Source: an uncultured Gammaproteobacteria bacterium (GTDB lineage: Bacteria; Pseudomonadota; Gammaproteobacteria; CAWCPV01). From it: DNA of 64,000 nucleotides. Position numbers and translations under genes: made by a program. Under the pieces are notes generated by a model. It had not been told where the DNA came from. It saw nothing but the letters and a program-made list of their open reading frames with translations, and did no database searches. Below are positions 1 through 12,082 of the stretch, in pieces. Numbering within the stretch: the first letter of the stretch is position 1; the number at the start of each line of letters is the position of its first letter. The stretch is from NCBI GenBank assembly GCA_963797555.1, contig CAWCPV010000006.1:82662-146661 (forward strand). The letters run 5' to 3'.

Positions 1-52
1 TAGTGAAGCCGTAACCGGTTTGTCATGACATCAAAAAGCGAGGAGAGCCCCC

Positions 53-561
53 ATGAAATTCCGTCTCGTAGCGTTGGTGAGCTTCACCTGCTTTGCGCTG
101 GGCACCGCAGCCGCTGCTGAACCGGTCATGATGTCGCAGAATGGGCCAAGCAGGCGTGTGAAGCATGGAACGCCGATTCGACCCTGACCGAGGGTCTGGA
201 GAAGTGGATAGAGAACGACAAGGGCCGCGGCTTCAAGGTGATCGAAATGTACCGCACCGACTGCCCCGATAGCCCGCGTGTGGAGCTTCGATTCAACAAG
301 AAGGACGGCAAGGCGATGTGTGGTTACGGCGGTGCGGTCGAAACCAAGAATTTGGACCTCAGTGCCGACTACATCATGTCCGCGGCGACCCCGCGCTGGC
401 TAGAAATGGGCAAGGGAGAATATGGACCCTTCAAGGCGATGATGTTCGGCCGCTTGAAGTTCGAAGGGCCGAAGATGGAGGCGATGGGCAACATGGGGCC
501 TTTCGGGGCCTTCCTGCGCATCGTGGGCAAGGTTCCGAGCGATTCCTCCAAGTGCCCCTAA
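53..561 (+). CDS. Secreted SCP2 sterol-binding-domain-like protein, one frameshift near 137
   Basis: RBS GAGGAG, ATG at 53, signal peptide MKFRLVALVSFTCFALGTAAAA. After a 1-nt shift it reads EWAKQACEAWNAD...GRGFKVIEMYRTDC into ORF 238..561, which has the SCP2-like GPFKAMMFGRLKFEGPKMEAM. Confidence 0.65.
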
Positions 562-879
562 CGTGAAGGAAAGCCTCCAGAGCGTTGGATGTCCCAGACA
601 AGGCAGCATGCCCAACTCAGTGGTTTCTTACGGCACAGATTCTTCACCGAGCTTTGCATCGCAGAGCACTGTGGTCGCGCGGAGCCCGGATATAGCGCTA
701 TGAGCAGCCCGGTGATTGAGCGCTTTCCCGCGAGTCCATCAGTCCGCAAGCCTGCCGACATCCGACTCGGAGCGACAGCGGTGAGGTGACGATATGGCAG
801 AAGAAGCGAGGGGGAGCCGGCAGTACATCAGTTCTCGCTCGCCGCCGGTCGCGCCTCAATCGACGGCGGGCGTGACCTT

Positions 880-1185
880 CTAGCTCCACTTCTTTCCCAG
901 CGCCTCCAAGTTGGCGCGCGCGAGGTCTTCGGGCGTCATGGCAATGCGGAACTCCACTTCGGCATCGAAGGTGAGAAACCACGGCTCGGCCAACATCGGG
1001 ACCTCGGACGGATCGTCGACGTGGACGACCAAAGTGCCACCGCGCCGACCGTTCTGCTCGGAGAAATAGACGGCTTCGGGCTTGATGGCTTCAAGAATTC
1101 GCTGGATCTTCTCCCCAACGGTGCCATCCAGAACCGCAGTGTTGAACGGTTCAAGCGGGACATGGACATGCATGAGCATGCGCAT
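880..1185 (-). CDS. Small conserved hypothetical protein (DUF3303/GYD-like), copy A
   Basis: 101 aa, GGAGG RBS and upstream TATAAT; motif KPEAVYFSEQNGRRGG...LAEPWFLTFDAEVEF; near-identical copy at 9516. Confidence 0.75.
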   Translation of the reverse strand: MRMLMHVHVPLEPFNTAVLDGTVGEKIQRILEAIKPEAVYFSEQNGRRGGTLVVHVDDPSEVPMLAEPWFLTFDAEVEFRIAMTPEDLARANLEALGKKWS

Positions 1186-1284
1186 GACTGACCTCCAGAG
1201 GTGTCGCGTGGTTTCCTGCTCGATTATATGTCAGCCGCCTCCGTCTAAGGCGGTCAGCGGCTTGGGGCTCACCTGCGGCGCCGC

Positions 1285-1520
1285 TCACGAGCGCAAGGCA
1301 TGAGTCCGTTGCGCGGGCGAGGACGCGATCACGTGGGCCATGTCCCCGAGGTGCACGAGATCACAACCGCGCAGCTTGCTATCGATGGCGAGGTTGAACA
1401 GGGCGAGATCCCGAATCCGCTTGGCGATCTGCAGCCGAATGCGGATGGCCCAGATCTCCTTGAGCTTGAAGGGAGACTTCGGTCGGACCAGCCTGCCCTT
1501 TCCGGGGTCTCGGGCGGCCA
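1285..1520 (-). pseudogene. Tyrosine recombinase N-terminal fragment
   Basis: KSPFKLKEIWAIRIRLQ...RDLALFNLAIDSKLRGCDLV is a typical integrase start; truncated afterwards. Confidence 0.7.
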
Positions 1521-2101
1521 GTCGCTTGGTGCGGGTGCTCAGCGCACATGGTAGGGTCCCCCAGGGTGGTTGAGGAACCATGAGTCTGCGCGCCCACCAC
1601 AACGGTCGGTTCACGACCCTGAGCTAGCACTACGAGACCCTCCTGAGCGAAGGCGAGGCGGCCAATCCCCCGGCCTGCGCGAGCAAGCAGACGATGTGCT
1701 GCGATTCACCCGCGACCCGCGCGTACCCGCGATGCAGCCTCGCAACGGCGTGCTATGTGATGTATCCTAGCCACTTGGCGCCTGCCCGTATCCTCGATTC
1801 AGCGTCTGGCGCGCGCCGTCTACGGCCACGAATCGAACCGAGCGGAGTCGGATACGGTAACGGGCTGCAGTATCTCTCGCTTCCCAAATAATACAAAGAA
1901 TTATCTGCGGAAGCTGCCGTGCCGGCCGTTGGTGACAAGAGCTAAGGATGAGGTCAGCTTTCGTCAGGGAGGCGGTCCTACGAAGGACTTAATGGCGCCG
2001 GCGCTTCACCCGTGCGCGTGCAGTGCGCCCTGCTTCGATTCTAGAGCCCCGCCTCTCTCCTGCCCGGTGCGCGCGGGCGCTCCTCCTGTCCGGAGGAGCC
2101 C

Positions 2102-2716
2102 ATGCCTCAGGACAGGCTGGGGTTGACCGTGTCCTCCGTCCCCCACAACGCGTATCCGTTGGGTGCGACGCCCGACCAGCGCTCGCGCGGTCATGTCGAG
2201 GCGATTCGCGCCGAGCAGATCCGGCTGCTGCTGCGCCAAGCCCCGTTTGGCCTCAGCGCTGTCGCCATCAACGCCGTCATCCTCGTCGCCGTCATGTGGG
2301 GCGAGATACCGCAAGTCCTGCTACTCACCTGGTTGGCGCTCACCCTGCTGCTTACCCTGGCGCGTTACCTGCTAACACGGGCTTACTCCCGCGCACAGCC
2401 CATGCCCTCCGAAGCGGCGCGCTGGGGGTTCTGGTTCGTGCTCGGCGCGGGCGTCTCGGGGCTCACCTGGGGCGTGGCCGGCGCCCTCTTCTTCACCCGG
2501 CAAAGCTATGCCCACCAGGCATTCCTGGCGTTCGTGCTCGCCGGCATGTCGGCGGGCGGTGTGTCCACGCTATCGTCCTATCCCGGCACTTACCCCGCCT
2601 TCCTGCTGCCGGCCCTGCTCCCCTATACGGGACGGGTTTTTGCCCAAGGGGGTATCCTGCATACCGCCATGGGGCTGATGCTGGTCCTGTTCTCTGGCTT
2701 GATGCTGTGCCTCTGA
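2102..2716 (+). pseudogene. Multi-TM sensor domain of a GGDEF/histidine kinase protein, truncated by ISL3
   Basis: Several hydrophobic helices after 'IRAEQIRLL'; ORF stops at the ISL3 junction with no output domain. Confidence 0.65.
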
Positions 2717-3725
2717 GGGCGGGCTCGGTCTTGATCTCCTGGCGGCGCACCGCGTCGACCGCCTCGTTGGCGAGCTTGATCACGTGGAAGGCATCGAAGC
2801 TCACCGTAGCCTGAGGCAGATGCTTGGCCACCCCGGCGCGGTAGGCGGCGGACATGTCGATGCACACCTGCTCGATGGCCTGCGGGTCGCCGCCGTGCGC
2901 CTTGAGGTCGGCGGCGAAGGCCGCCACGGTGCTCTGGTCGCGGCCCTCGCAGGCGAACAGCAGGCGTTTTCCCGTGAGGTCATGGAACAGGCTGATGTAG
3001 TGCTGTCCACGCCGGGCAGCGGTCTCGTCCAGGCCCACAGCGCTCACCTGCGAGTGGTCCTCCTGAGCACGGGCCCTGCCTACGTAGTGATCGAGCACCG
3101 CCCACAGGCGCTCATCGCCCACGCCCAGGTGCCGAGCCACGGTCGCCACCGGCATGGCCTGGCACAGCGTGACCACCAGCGCCTCCATCAGCGCCGTGAA
3201 GCCACTCTGTGCGCGCGCCCACGGCGGGTTCGACCTGGGTCGTCTTGCCGCAGGCCTCGCAGCGCACCCGCGGCAGATGCGCGTGCAGGTACGCCCGTGA
3301 CTTAAAGAAGCTCAGGTGCTGCCAACTGCGCTCCCGGGTGTCGTGCACCGCCTGGCCTTGCACTCCGCAGGCCGGGCAAGCAAAGCGGCTGCCCTTGGCA
3401 AACGCCACATCGAGGTCGATGCGCCCAGCCTCGGGGTCGAAGCGCACGTCGGTGACCTCCCAAGGCGCCGTCAGGCCCAGTGCCGTGGTAAACAGATGCG
3501 TGGGCCGCACGGTGCTCCCCCCTTGGATGACGACCTGTGGATTTGTGGACGAGCCCTGCGGAGCGGCCCGCGTCCCAAGGACCGTGTGGACAACCTCCCG
3601 GTTGCCCACACTCGCGGGCCTCTCGCCCACAACCCCACAAGCCCAACCACAAGATGTTGTGATAAGCGACCGGTCAGGGCAGATGCTACTTCACCACCGC
3701 GACCCACACAATTTCCGAAAGAGCC
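2710..3725 (-). mobile_element. ISL3-family element, copy 1 (3' part deleted, frameshifted)
   Basis: Left end GGCTCTTTCGG at 3725; transposase from 3510 with CPAC/CEAC zinc finger, GLDE, CIDM, FDAFHV; highly similar to 38170..40788. Confidence 0.9.
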
Positions 3726-3825
3726 ACATAAAATCAGAGCGACTGGACGGCGGCCCGTCCTTCAGCGCTTGCCTCCGTGGTAAGCTTTCGCGTGCGGGCT
3801 GCCGCCGATTATGAGCGGTCCGTTA

Positions 3826-3980
3826 GCCATGGGGGTGCCCTGATCGTAGCTGAGGGTGATGTCTTCAGCGGGGTCGGGGAAGTGGACGGCGCTCAGGCCG
3901 TTCAGCGCATCGTAGCTGTAGATGATGATGGTGCCGTCGACGCGGGTCTCGCTCACGCAGTTGTCGGCGGCATCGTAGGC
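3826..3980 (-). pseudogene. RHS/YD-repeat fragment
   Basis: YDAADN...VDG..IIYSYDALN.L..V.FPD...ITLSYD repeat pattern. Confidence 0.55.
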
Positions 3981-4060
3981 CTAGATGGTGAGACCTTATC
4001 AGGGGGAAGTAAATCGAGTACGACCCCATTTATTCACGATTATCGAGTACGACCCCTTTT

Positions 4061-4516
4061 ATTCTTCGACGCTCTTCAAGGCAGTGGAAAATTGGGTTTG
4101 CCGCTTATTGGGATGGGCTGTTTTACGAAAATCCGCCTGTCGCCGACTTCATGGTGGACAAGGTCGAGGAGCGTCCTGACGAAATCTGGATCGTGCGGAT
4201 CAATCCCCAAACGCGCAGGACGATTCCGAAAACAACAGAAGGTATACTGGATCGACGGAATGAATTGTCAGGCAATCTATCTATGAACCAGGAACTTCAT
4301 TTCATCGAGGTCGTGAATCGATGGATAGAGGAGGGTTACTTCGCGGAAAAGGCCTCCGAAAAGTTCAAGAAGGTTAGGGTGCGCTGGATCGATATGAGTC
4401 CCGAATTGTCTGCGACCCTGGATTACGCCTCGAAACTCGATCGGTCGCCGTCCTTCCTGCATCAGTTGATGGAGGAAGGCAAACGCCAAGCCGTTACGTT
4501 CTTGCTGGGCATGTGA
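4061..4516 (+). pseudogene. Patatin-like phospholipase, C-terminal fragment
   Basis: Frame upstream of ORF 4151 reads YWDGLFYENPPV, followed by PDEIWIVRINP...DRRNELSGNLSMNQEL. Confidence 0.65.
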
Positions 4517-4567
4517 GCTGGTGATTACCTTCACTGAGTGTCCGAGTCACTCATGGGATGCCTCACT

Positions 4568-6438
4568 GCAGAACTCCTGACATGCGCTACCTAACCGATT
4601 GAGAAGGCGCTATAATCGATGCGGGTATCGAAATATAAATACGAGACCAGAGGAATGCTATGCCAGGCACCATTGAGCTTCCCTTGCTGCCCGAACAGGC
4701 TGTGACATTGGGTCCGCGGTTGACGGTCATCGAAACGCCCAAGGAACTCGTGTTCATGAATGCCTCCGGTCCGTTGATGAGCTGCGCGCGCACGGATACG
4801 ACGGCTAAGTGTTACCTCGGGGCGGTGTTCATGACGCAGGGTTTAGCGAAGGGTGAGGACTTGGCGGCGGTGTTGGGTGTTCACCGCTCGACGGTATTTC
4901 GCAACCAGAAGCTGTATCGCGAAGGGGGTCTTGATGCCATACGCGATGGCCGAGGCCATGGTGCGCCGCGTCGTGGGCATAAGCTCACCGATGAGGTTTT
5001 GCCGATCGCTCAGGCGTGCTTGGACCAAGGGTGCTCGCAGTCGCAGGCCGCGCGTGCGCTCGGTGTGAGTGAGACGGCGGTGCGCCATGCGATCAAGACC
5101 GGACGGCTGCGCCGCTCGCCAACAGGCGGCGCAACTAGCCGCGGCGTTGACCGCCCAGTGGGCGCAGGGGGAGCCCGATGAGCTGGGCATACTGTACGTC
5201 GACGGTCACGTCCATGCCTACACGGGGCGCAAGCATCCGCTGCCTAAGACGTTGGTGCAGAAACGCCGCCAGTGTCTGCCCGCCTCGACGGATGTTTGGG
5301 TGCATAACGGAGCGGCCGAGCCGGTGTTCTTCGTCACCAGCCCCCTCAATGGACACCTCTTGGCGCTGATCGAGCAGGAGGTCATTCCCCAGGCGCGCCA
5401 GCAGATCGGCCCCGACCGGACGCTGACCTTGGTGTTTGACCGTGAGGCTTGGAGCCCCCAGTCCTTCCAGCAGTGGCACAGCCAAGGGGCCGAAGTCATC
5501 ACGTATCGCAAGGGTAAACAAACGCCCTGGGACCCGGAGGACTTCCGCCCCTTAAGCGTCGAGCACCACGGTAAGTCTGTGACCTATAGTCTGGCCGAGT
5601 GCAGCGTGCAGGTCATCGCTGCCAATCGCAAGCAACCCGCCTTGTGGATGCGCGAGATCCGCCGCTTATGCAAAAACGGACATCAGAGCGCGATCCTGAC
5701 GACCCGGCAGGACTTACCTGCCGCAGAGATCGCCCATCGCATGTTCGGCCGTTGGCGCCAAGAGAACTTCTTCAAATACCTGCAGGACGAATTCAACATC
5801 GACCACTTGAGCACCTATGCCACCGAACCAGCCGATCCTGAGCGGATGGTTCCCAATCCTGAGCGCCGAGCGCTGATAAAATCGCTCCAGGCAACCAAGG
5901 CGCAGCTCGGCAGAGCCTACGCCCAGCGTGGCAAGCACCAACGTAACAGGGCATCGACGGCGAAGCAAGAGAAGGCGACAGAGGCCATCGAACGATTGGA
6001 AAGGCAATGCGAGCAACTCAGCGAACGCATCAACGCGATGGAAAAGCGCGTGCCATTGAAGAGCATTTATGAGGCGGACAAGATCGTACATCACGAACGC
6101 GAACGAAAAACCATTACCCGGCTCATCAAGGTCGTCGCTTATCGCAGTGAGAGTTGTCTCGCGAGCATTGTCGAACCCTTTTTCGTGCGCCACGACGACG
6201 AAGTTCGCGCCTTCCTCAAAGCCGTGTTCTGCTTACCCGGCGAGATTATCCCGGATTACCAGCGCCATGAATTGCGGGTGCGTCTCTACGGCTTGGCCAA
6301 TAATCGATCTCAACAAGCTCTCATCGCTCTTTGCGAATATCTGAATACCCAGCAGATGAAATACCCTGGCACCCACCTGCCCCTGGTCTACGACACCGCC
6401 CAGTCGCATTGAATTTAGCGCCAAGTCAGGAGTTCTGC
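4568..6438 (+). mobile_element. IS with HTH + DDE transposase (family unassigned), frameshifted or internally deleted
   Basis: Terminal inverted repeat GCAGAACTCCTGAC at both ends; ORFs 4660..5181 (HTH) and 5069..6412 (LYVDGH, VFDRE, RWRQENFFK). No target duplication seen. Confidence 0.8.
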
Positions 6439-6548
6439 GCTGTGACTGAGACGACCGTTCCTGCTGGGTCTATAAGCCGTTACGACTCATGCGCCAGGTT
6501 TTCGCAGTGCCTTCGCAACCTGAGTCGGCGGTCATCCACACGAGAGGA

Positions 6549-6900
6549 GTGCGGCGTGCAGATTTGGGAGTGAGATGGGGACAAAACAGGCCGGTCGGTA
6601 CAGGTACACAGCTTGGCCGGGCGCCGCTGGGAGGCAGCGTCTGAGCAATTAGGGGTTGTAAGTTTCCCCAGGGTGAAGTTGCAGGCCGTAGCGCGAGCGA
6701 ACCTACGAGTAGCCTCGTTACGATGAGCTGGAGATGCCGACCCTGTGGTCAGAAGGGGAAGGCCGCTGTCGGTGGAATGGGAAAACGGAAGCGTTCCATC
6801 GGATCTCCCGGGGTAGCAGGGGCGGCATGCAGCGGAAGAGAAGCAGAGCAGGGCGGGAGACCCGCGGCGGTGGGGCACAGGGCCGCCAACCGCTAGAAAG
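6549..6900 (+). ncRNA. Group II intron 5' fragment (no RT ORF, no domain V/VI)
   Basis: Starts with GTGCG; carries intron-like blocks CGCCGCTG..CAGCG, GATGCCGAC..GGGGAAGGCC, CCGGGGTAG..GGCATGC, GGGAGACCC. Recognised from memory, not by covariance model. Confidence 0.6.
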
Positions 6901-6968
6901 GTGCACGGACAACTCCTTTCGCGGGACTTCAACCCGCCAGAGAAACAGACGGTTACGGCATACGGCCA

Positions 6969-9447
6969 GAGAGAACGATTTCTTCCGCCAGGCGCTGGGT
7001 ATCGAGCGGGTGCCTTCGGCGGAAAAGCTGAGGCAGCGCCTCGAACGAGCACGCAGCGGCGATGCGGGGGTATCGACGAGGCCAATATTGAGTTCATGGT
7101 CAACGCCAAGGTGCCGGTGAGCCCCCTGAAGACCGCCCATGCGCCCGTGGACATCGATGTCTTTCCCATGGACAACTCCGGGACCCAGAAAGAAGGGGGC
7201 TCGCGCACCTACCCCGGCTATGACGGTTATGCGCCGATCGCGGCCTATGTGGGAGCCGAAGGCTGGAGCCTCGCCTGTGAGCTGCGCGAAGGCAAGCAGC
7301 ACAGCCAGAAGGAATTCAGCTACGTCTGGGAGCGCATCCTGCCGCGCGCCAGGCGCCTGACGGCCCTGCCTTTGCTGGTACGCCAGGACAGCGCCCACGA
7401 CGCACTGGAGAATCGGCTGAGGTCTGTGCAAGAGGAGGTGGACTTCATTATCCAGTGGAACCCCGAGGCGAGGACCCTGCGCAGTGGCTTGAGCGCGCCG
7501 AGCACCAAGGGGTGTGGGAGACACCCCGACCCGGCAAGCGGATAGCGCTGTTCAGCGTCATCGAGGAGCACCCCCATCCAGGCCATACCTACTACGTTCG
7601 CCGGGTCATGCGGGTGACCGAGCGCACCATCGACAAATAGGGCCAAATGCTGCTGGTGCCGGAGCTTGAGCTCGAGGGCTGGTGGACCTCCCTGGCCTAC
7701 TCTGACCATGCGATCCTCGCCCTGTACCAGGACCACGGCACCTCCGAGCAGTTTCACGAGACGAGTTCAAGACCGATCTCGACATCGAGCGGCTGCCCTC
7801 CGGGAACTTTGACACCAATGACCTACTGCTGGGCTTTGCCGTATTCGCCTACAACATCCTGCGCTTCATCGGTCTCATCGGGCTGACCGGCGAGGTCGCC
7901 CCCCTGCGCCACCCAGCCAAGCGCAGGCGGCTCCGGACCGTCATCCAGGAGCTGATGTATCTCGCCGCCCGGTTGGTCGCCACCGCCCGGAGGCTCTGTC
8001 CCGGCTTCCGCGCCTTCGAGCAAGTGTATTGCCAACTCGCCTTCGGGTAGCTAGTGTAGTGCTTCATTCTGTTTAGAACTTAAACGTGCGTTGGCGCGGA
8101 TGACCTTCTGCAGGATGTCCTTAGCCTTGGCGGTCCAGATGAAGGGTTTGGGATTGGCGTTGTGGGCATCGACATAGCGGTTGATGGCATGGATCAACTC
8201 GGGGACGCTTCGAAACACGCCACGGCGCAACCGATCCACAGTCAGGTCGCGGAAGAATCGCTCGACCATGTTCAACCAGGATGCTGAGGTGGGCGTGAAA
8301 TGGATGTGGAAACGCGGGTGTTTTCCCAGCCATTTCTGAACGTTGGGATGTTTGTGGGTGGCGTAGTTGTCGCAGACCAAGTGCAGTTCCTTGTCCTTGG
8401 GCGTCTCGCGGTCGATTTGGCGCAGGAAGGTGAGCCACTCCGTGTGGCGATGGTGCGGCTCGCAGCGGGCAATCACGGAACCCTCCAAGGTGTTCAGGGC
8501 AGCAAACAGTGTCGTGGTGCCATGGCGCTTGTAGTCATGGGTCATGGTCGCAGCCCGCCCCTTCTTCAGCGGCAGGCCAGGTTGGGTACGATCCAGCGCC
8601 TGAACCTGACTCTTCTCGTCGCAGCACAACACCAAAGCATGCTCCGGGGGGGACAGATACAGCCCGACGATGTCCTCCAACTTCTCGGTGAATTTCGGGT
8701 CGCGCGATACCTTGAAGGATTCGACACGATGCGGCTTCAGCCCATGGGCATGCCACACGCGCAGCACCGTGGTGTCGCTCACTCCCATTTCCTTAGCCAG
8801 GGTCCGCGTACTCCACTGTGTCGCTGCTAAGGGCTGGGTCTGAGTCGTGCGTCGCACGATCTCGGCGGCATCCACCTTGGGCTGACGACCTCCGCGCGGC
8901 AGGTCACACTCGATGGCCGCCAGCCCGCCTTGCGCATAGCGCTCCCGCCAACGCCCAACCTGCACACGCCCAATCTTGAGTTCCGCCGCGATGGCCTTGT
9001 TCTCCATGCCCACCGCCGCCAACAGCACAATGCGCGCTCGGCGGGCCAGCCTCACACTCGTGGTGTTCGAACGCGACACACGCCTCAGGCTCCGCTGTTC
9101 TTCCGCGCTCAGTCGGACCATCGGGGCTACTCGCATCAGTGCTCTCCTGTCTTGGCTTCATAGCCCTGGACAGCGATAGATCATATATGTTCCGTTAATT
9201 ACCAAGCACTACACTAGGACGACATCAGAGAAGCTCCACCCGTGCCCCACCAGGCTGCGGTGTAAACCTACGCCCGAAAGGCAGCACCAAAGGGTCAAGG
9301 TCCTGCAATCACCCCTGCGCCGAGGAGGATCCAAGCCTTCTCTGCAGCCGGTGTCACCGGTTGGCCAAAAACTGTACCAACTCAACTGAGAAGACCTCCC
9401 ATTCCCCTCCCTTCCGGCTGCTCAAAGCTCGAAGTCACGGATCCAGG
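6969..9447 (+). mobile_element. IS1380-family relic (5'-truncated, frameshifted), interrupted by IS630
   Basis: 6969..8050 aligns with the intact transposase 44872..46194; the right end GTCACGGATCCAGG at 9447 matches the one at 46430. Confidence 0.9.
8054..9214 (-). mobile_element. IS630-family element with intact transposase (ORF 8051..9136)
   Basis: Inverted repeat GTGTAGTGCTT, TA duplicated at 8052-53 and 9215-16; motifs CCDEK, DNYATH, SWLNMVERFF. Confidence 0.93.
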
Positions 9448-9515
9448 ACCGCGTCAGACTGAAAGGGCTTGGCATATAATCGAACAGGAAAACACCCGAC
9501 ACTTGGAGGTCAGTC

Positions 9516-9822
9516 ATGCGCATGCTTATGCACGTTAAGCTCCCGGTTGAACCGTTCAACACCGCCGTTCTGGATGGCACCGCAGGGGAAAAGATCCAGC
9601 GAATTCTTGAGGCTATCAAGCCCGAAGCCGTCTATTTCTCCGAGCAGAACGGCCGGCGCGGTGGCACCTTAGTCGTGAACGTCCACGAATCCGTCCGAGG
9701 TCCCCATGTTGGCCGAGCCGTGGTTTCTCACATTCGATGCCGAAGTGGAGTTTCGGATTGCCATGACGCCCGAAGAACTCGTGCGCGCCAACTTGGAGGC
9801 CTTGGGAAAGAAGTGGGCTTAG
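9516..9822 (+). CDS. DUF3303/GYD-like protein, copy B (1-nt frameshift near 9690)
   Basis: Aligns along its length with 880..1185, including RBS and upstream TATAAT. Confidence 0.75.
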
Positions 9823-10389
9823 TCAAGCCGGCCGTCGACTGGGACGTTGGTTAACCGTCACCGATGTCCGCGACCGCACAGCGTCTTGCGTCCTGCCGCG
9901 GGACCGGCGGAAGCTGGTGGTTGGGTGCGGCCGGAGGAGTGCCAGCTCGCGGACTGACAACGGCCGGAGTGGCCGGTCAAGCGGCCGGTTGTTCGGGTTG
10001 ATCCGGCCAAGGGACGCGGTCTAATCGGGTAAGGGCGGGTGTTTGGCCCGCCCTCCTCGTACCACCAGCGAGGAGGTGACACGGTCATGAACTCACAAAT
10101 CTTTGGATTGCGTGTAGCGAGCATTGTGTTCGGGTTAATAGCCATAGCCATGGCTGGCCGCTTGGCGCGACCCCTGGGAGGACCAGATGTTGTTTCTGGG
10201 CGCCCGCGGATTCCGCTGCATCGCCCATGACCGCCGCGGTAATGGCCGATCGAGCCAGCCTTGGAACGGCAACGACATGGACACGTACGCTGACCTTGCG
10301 ACGCTCGTCGAAACGCTCGATCTCCAGAACGCCATCCAGTCGGTGAGTCGCTCGATCTGAGCACCCACGCCAACAATGGACACATCGCC

Positions 10390-12072
10390 ATGACCGGTGC
10401 CATCGCTACGCCAGAACCTTTGACGCTTACCGCGCGTATCGCCCAGATGTTTCCGACACTGACGCCCGCGCAGATCGAGCGCATCGGGGCGCACGGGCAC
10501 CGGCATCCGATCCAACGCGGCGAGGTGCTCTTCGAAGCGGGGTCCGAGGTCATGCCGTTCTTCGTGGTCACGGAAGGTCAGATCGAGATCGTCCAGCCAT
10601 CCGGCGCCACCGAGACGCTGATCGCGGTCCATGAACCGGGTCAGTTCACCGGCGAGATCCAAATGCTCTCGGGCCGCCGAGCGCTCGTCCGGGCGCGTGC
10701 CAGCGAGCCGGGCGAAGTGATCGAGCTGGATCGCGAGCACCTTCTGGCACTCGTGCAGACCGACAGCGAGCTGAGCGAGATCATCATGCGCGCCTTCATC
10801 CTGCGCCGCGTGGAGTTGATCGCGCACGGGTTCGGAGACGTCGTGCTCATCGGGTCGACTCATTGCTCGGGAACGCTGCGCGTCAAGGAGTTCCTGACGC
10901 GCAACGGTCATCCCTACTCGTACATCGACCTCGACCGTGACTCCAACGTCCAGGCCCTGCTCGACCGGTTCCATATCTCCGCCGCGGACGTGCCGGTGCT
11001 GATCTGGCGCGGCGACGTGGTGTTGCGGAGCCCGACCAATCAGCAGATCGCCGATTGCCTCGGCTTTAACGCCGCGATCGACGAGACGCAGATACGCGAC
11101 GTGGTCATCGTCGGCGCGGGACCCGCGGGGCTCGCGGCGGCCGTGTACGCCGCGTCGGAGGGGCTAGACGCCCTGGTGATCGAGACCAATGCGCCCGGGG
11201 GACAGGCCGGTTCGAGCTCGAAAATCGAGAATTACCTCGGCTTCCCGACGGGCATCTCAGGCCAGGCGCTCGCCGCCCGCGCGTACACACAGGCGCAGAA
11301 GTTCGGGGCCCAGGTGATTATCGCGAAAAGCGCCACGCGGCTGACGTGCGACCGCAAACCCTACGCCATCGAGATCGGTGAGGGTCCGCGCGTGACGACA
11401 CGCACCGTCGTGATTGCGACGGGCGCCGAGTACCGGAAACCGGCGATCGAGAACCTGTCGCGGTTCGAAGGGGCAGGCGTGTACTACGGCGCGACCTTCA
11501 TGGAGGCGCAGTTGTGCGCCGGTGAAGAGGTGATCGTGGTGGGAGGCGGAAACTCGGCCGGCCAGGCCGCGGTTTTCCTCGCGCAGACAGCCAGGCGCGT
11601 GCACATGCTCGTCCGGTCGAGCGGGCTGGCCGAGAGCATGTCGCGCTACCTGATCCGGCGGATCGAAGAAAATCCCGCCATCGTCTTGCGAACGCAGACG
11701 GAAATCGTGACCCTCGAAGGCAGCGGCCATCTCGAACGCGTGCGCTGGCGCGAACATCGGTCCGGAAACGTCGAGACCCACGACCTCCGGCACGTCTTCT
11801 TCATGACCGGCGGCGTTCCCAACACGCAGTGGGTCGATAGCTGCCTCCTACGCGACGCGAAGGGATTCATCAAGACCGGATCCGAACTGACGCAGGACGA
11901 CCTCGCCGCGGCGCATTGGCCGCTCGGCCGCGCGCCGCACCTCCTGGAAACGAGCCTGCCCGGCGTGTTCGCGGTCGGCAACGTCCGGGCAGGAAGCATC
12001 AAGCGCGTGGCGTCCGCCGTCGGGGAGGGATCGATTACCATCGCCTTCGTACACCAAGTACTCCGCGAGTAG
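10390..12072 (+). CDS. Cyclic-nucleotide-binding-domain thioredoxin reductase-like FAD oxidoreductase
   Basis: N-terminal cNMP domain (GQFTGE), glutaredoxin-like middle, GAGPAG, IENYLGFP, GGGNSAG, ETSLPGVFAVG; YYGAT in place of CxxC. Confidence 0.9.
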   Translation: MTGAIATPEPLTLTARIAQMFPTLTPAQIERIGAHGHRHPIQRGEVLFEAGSEVMPFFVVTEGQIEIVQPSGATETLIAVHEPGQFTGEIQMLSGRRALVRARASEPGEVIELDREHLLALVQTDSELSEIIMRAFILRRVELIAHGFGDVVLIGSTHCSGTLRVKEFLTRNGHPYSYIDLDRDSNVQALLDRFHISAADVPVLIWRGDVVLRSPTNQQIADCLGFNAAIDETQIRDVVIVGAGPAGLAAAVYAASEGLDALVIETNAPGGQAGSSSKIENYLGFPTGISGQALAARAYTQAQKFGAQVIIAKSATRLTCDRKPYAIEIGEGPRVTTRTVVIATGAEYRKPAIENLSRFEGAGVYYGATFMEAQLCAGEEVIVVGGGNSAGQAAVFLAQTARRVHMLVRSSGLAESMSRYLIRRIEENPAIVLRTQTEIVTLEGSGHLERVRWREHRSGNVETHDLRHVFFMTGGVPNTQWVDSCLLRDAKGFIKTGSELTQDDLAAAHWPLGRAPHLLETSLPGVFAVGNVRAGSIKRVASAVGEGSITIAFVHQVLRE

Positions 12073-12082
12073 AGGAAACCCC

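Noticed and set aside
6940-6960. IS66-like end (GACGGTTAC)
   Set aside because: Only 9 bp, with no partner end or IS66 ORFs.
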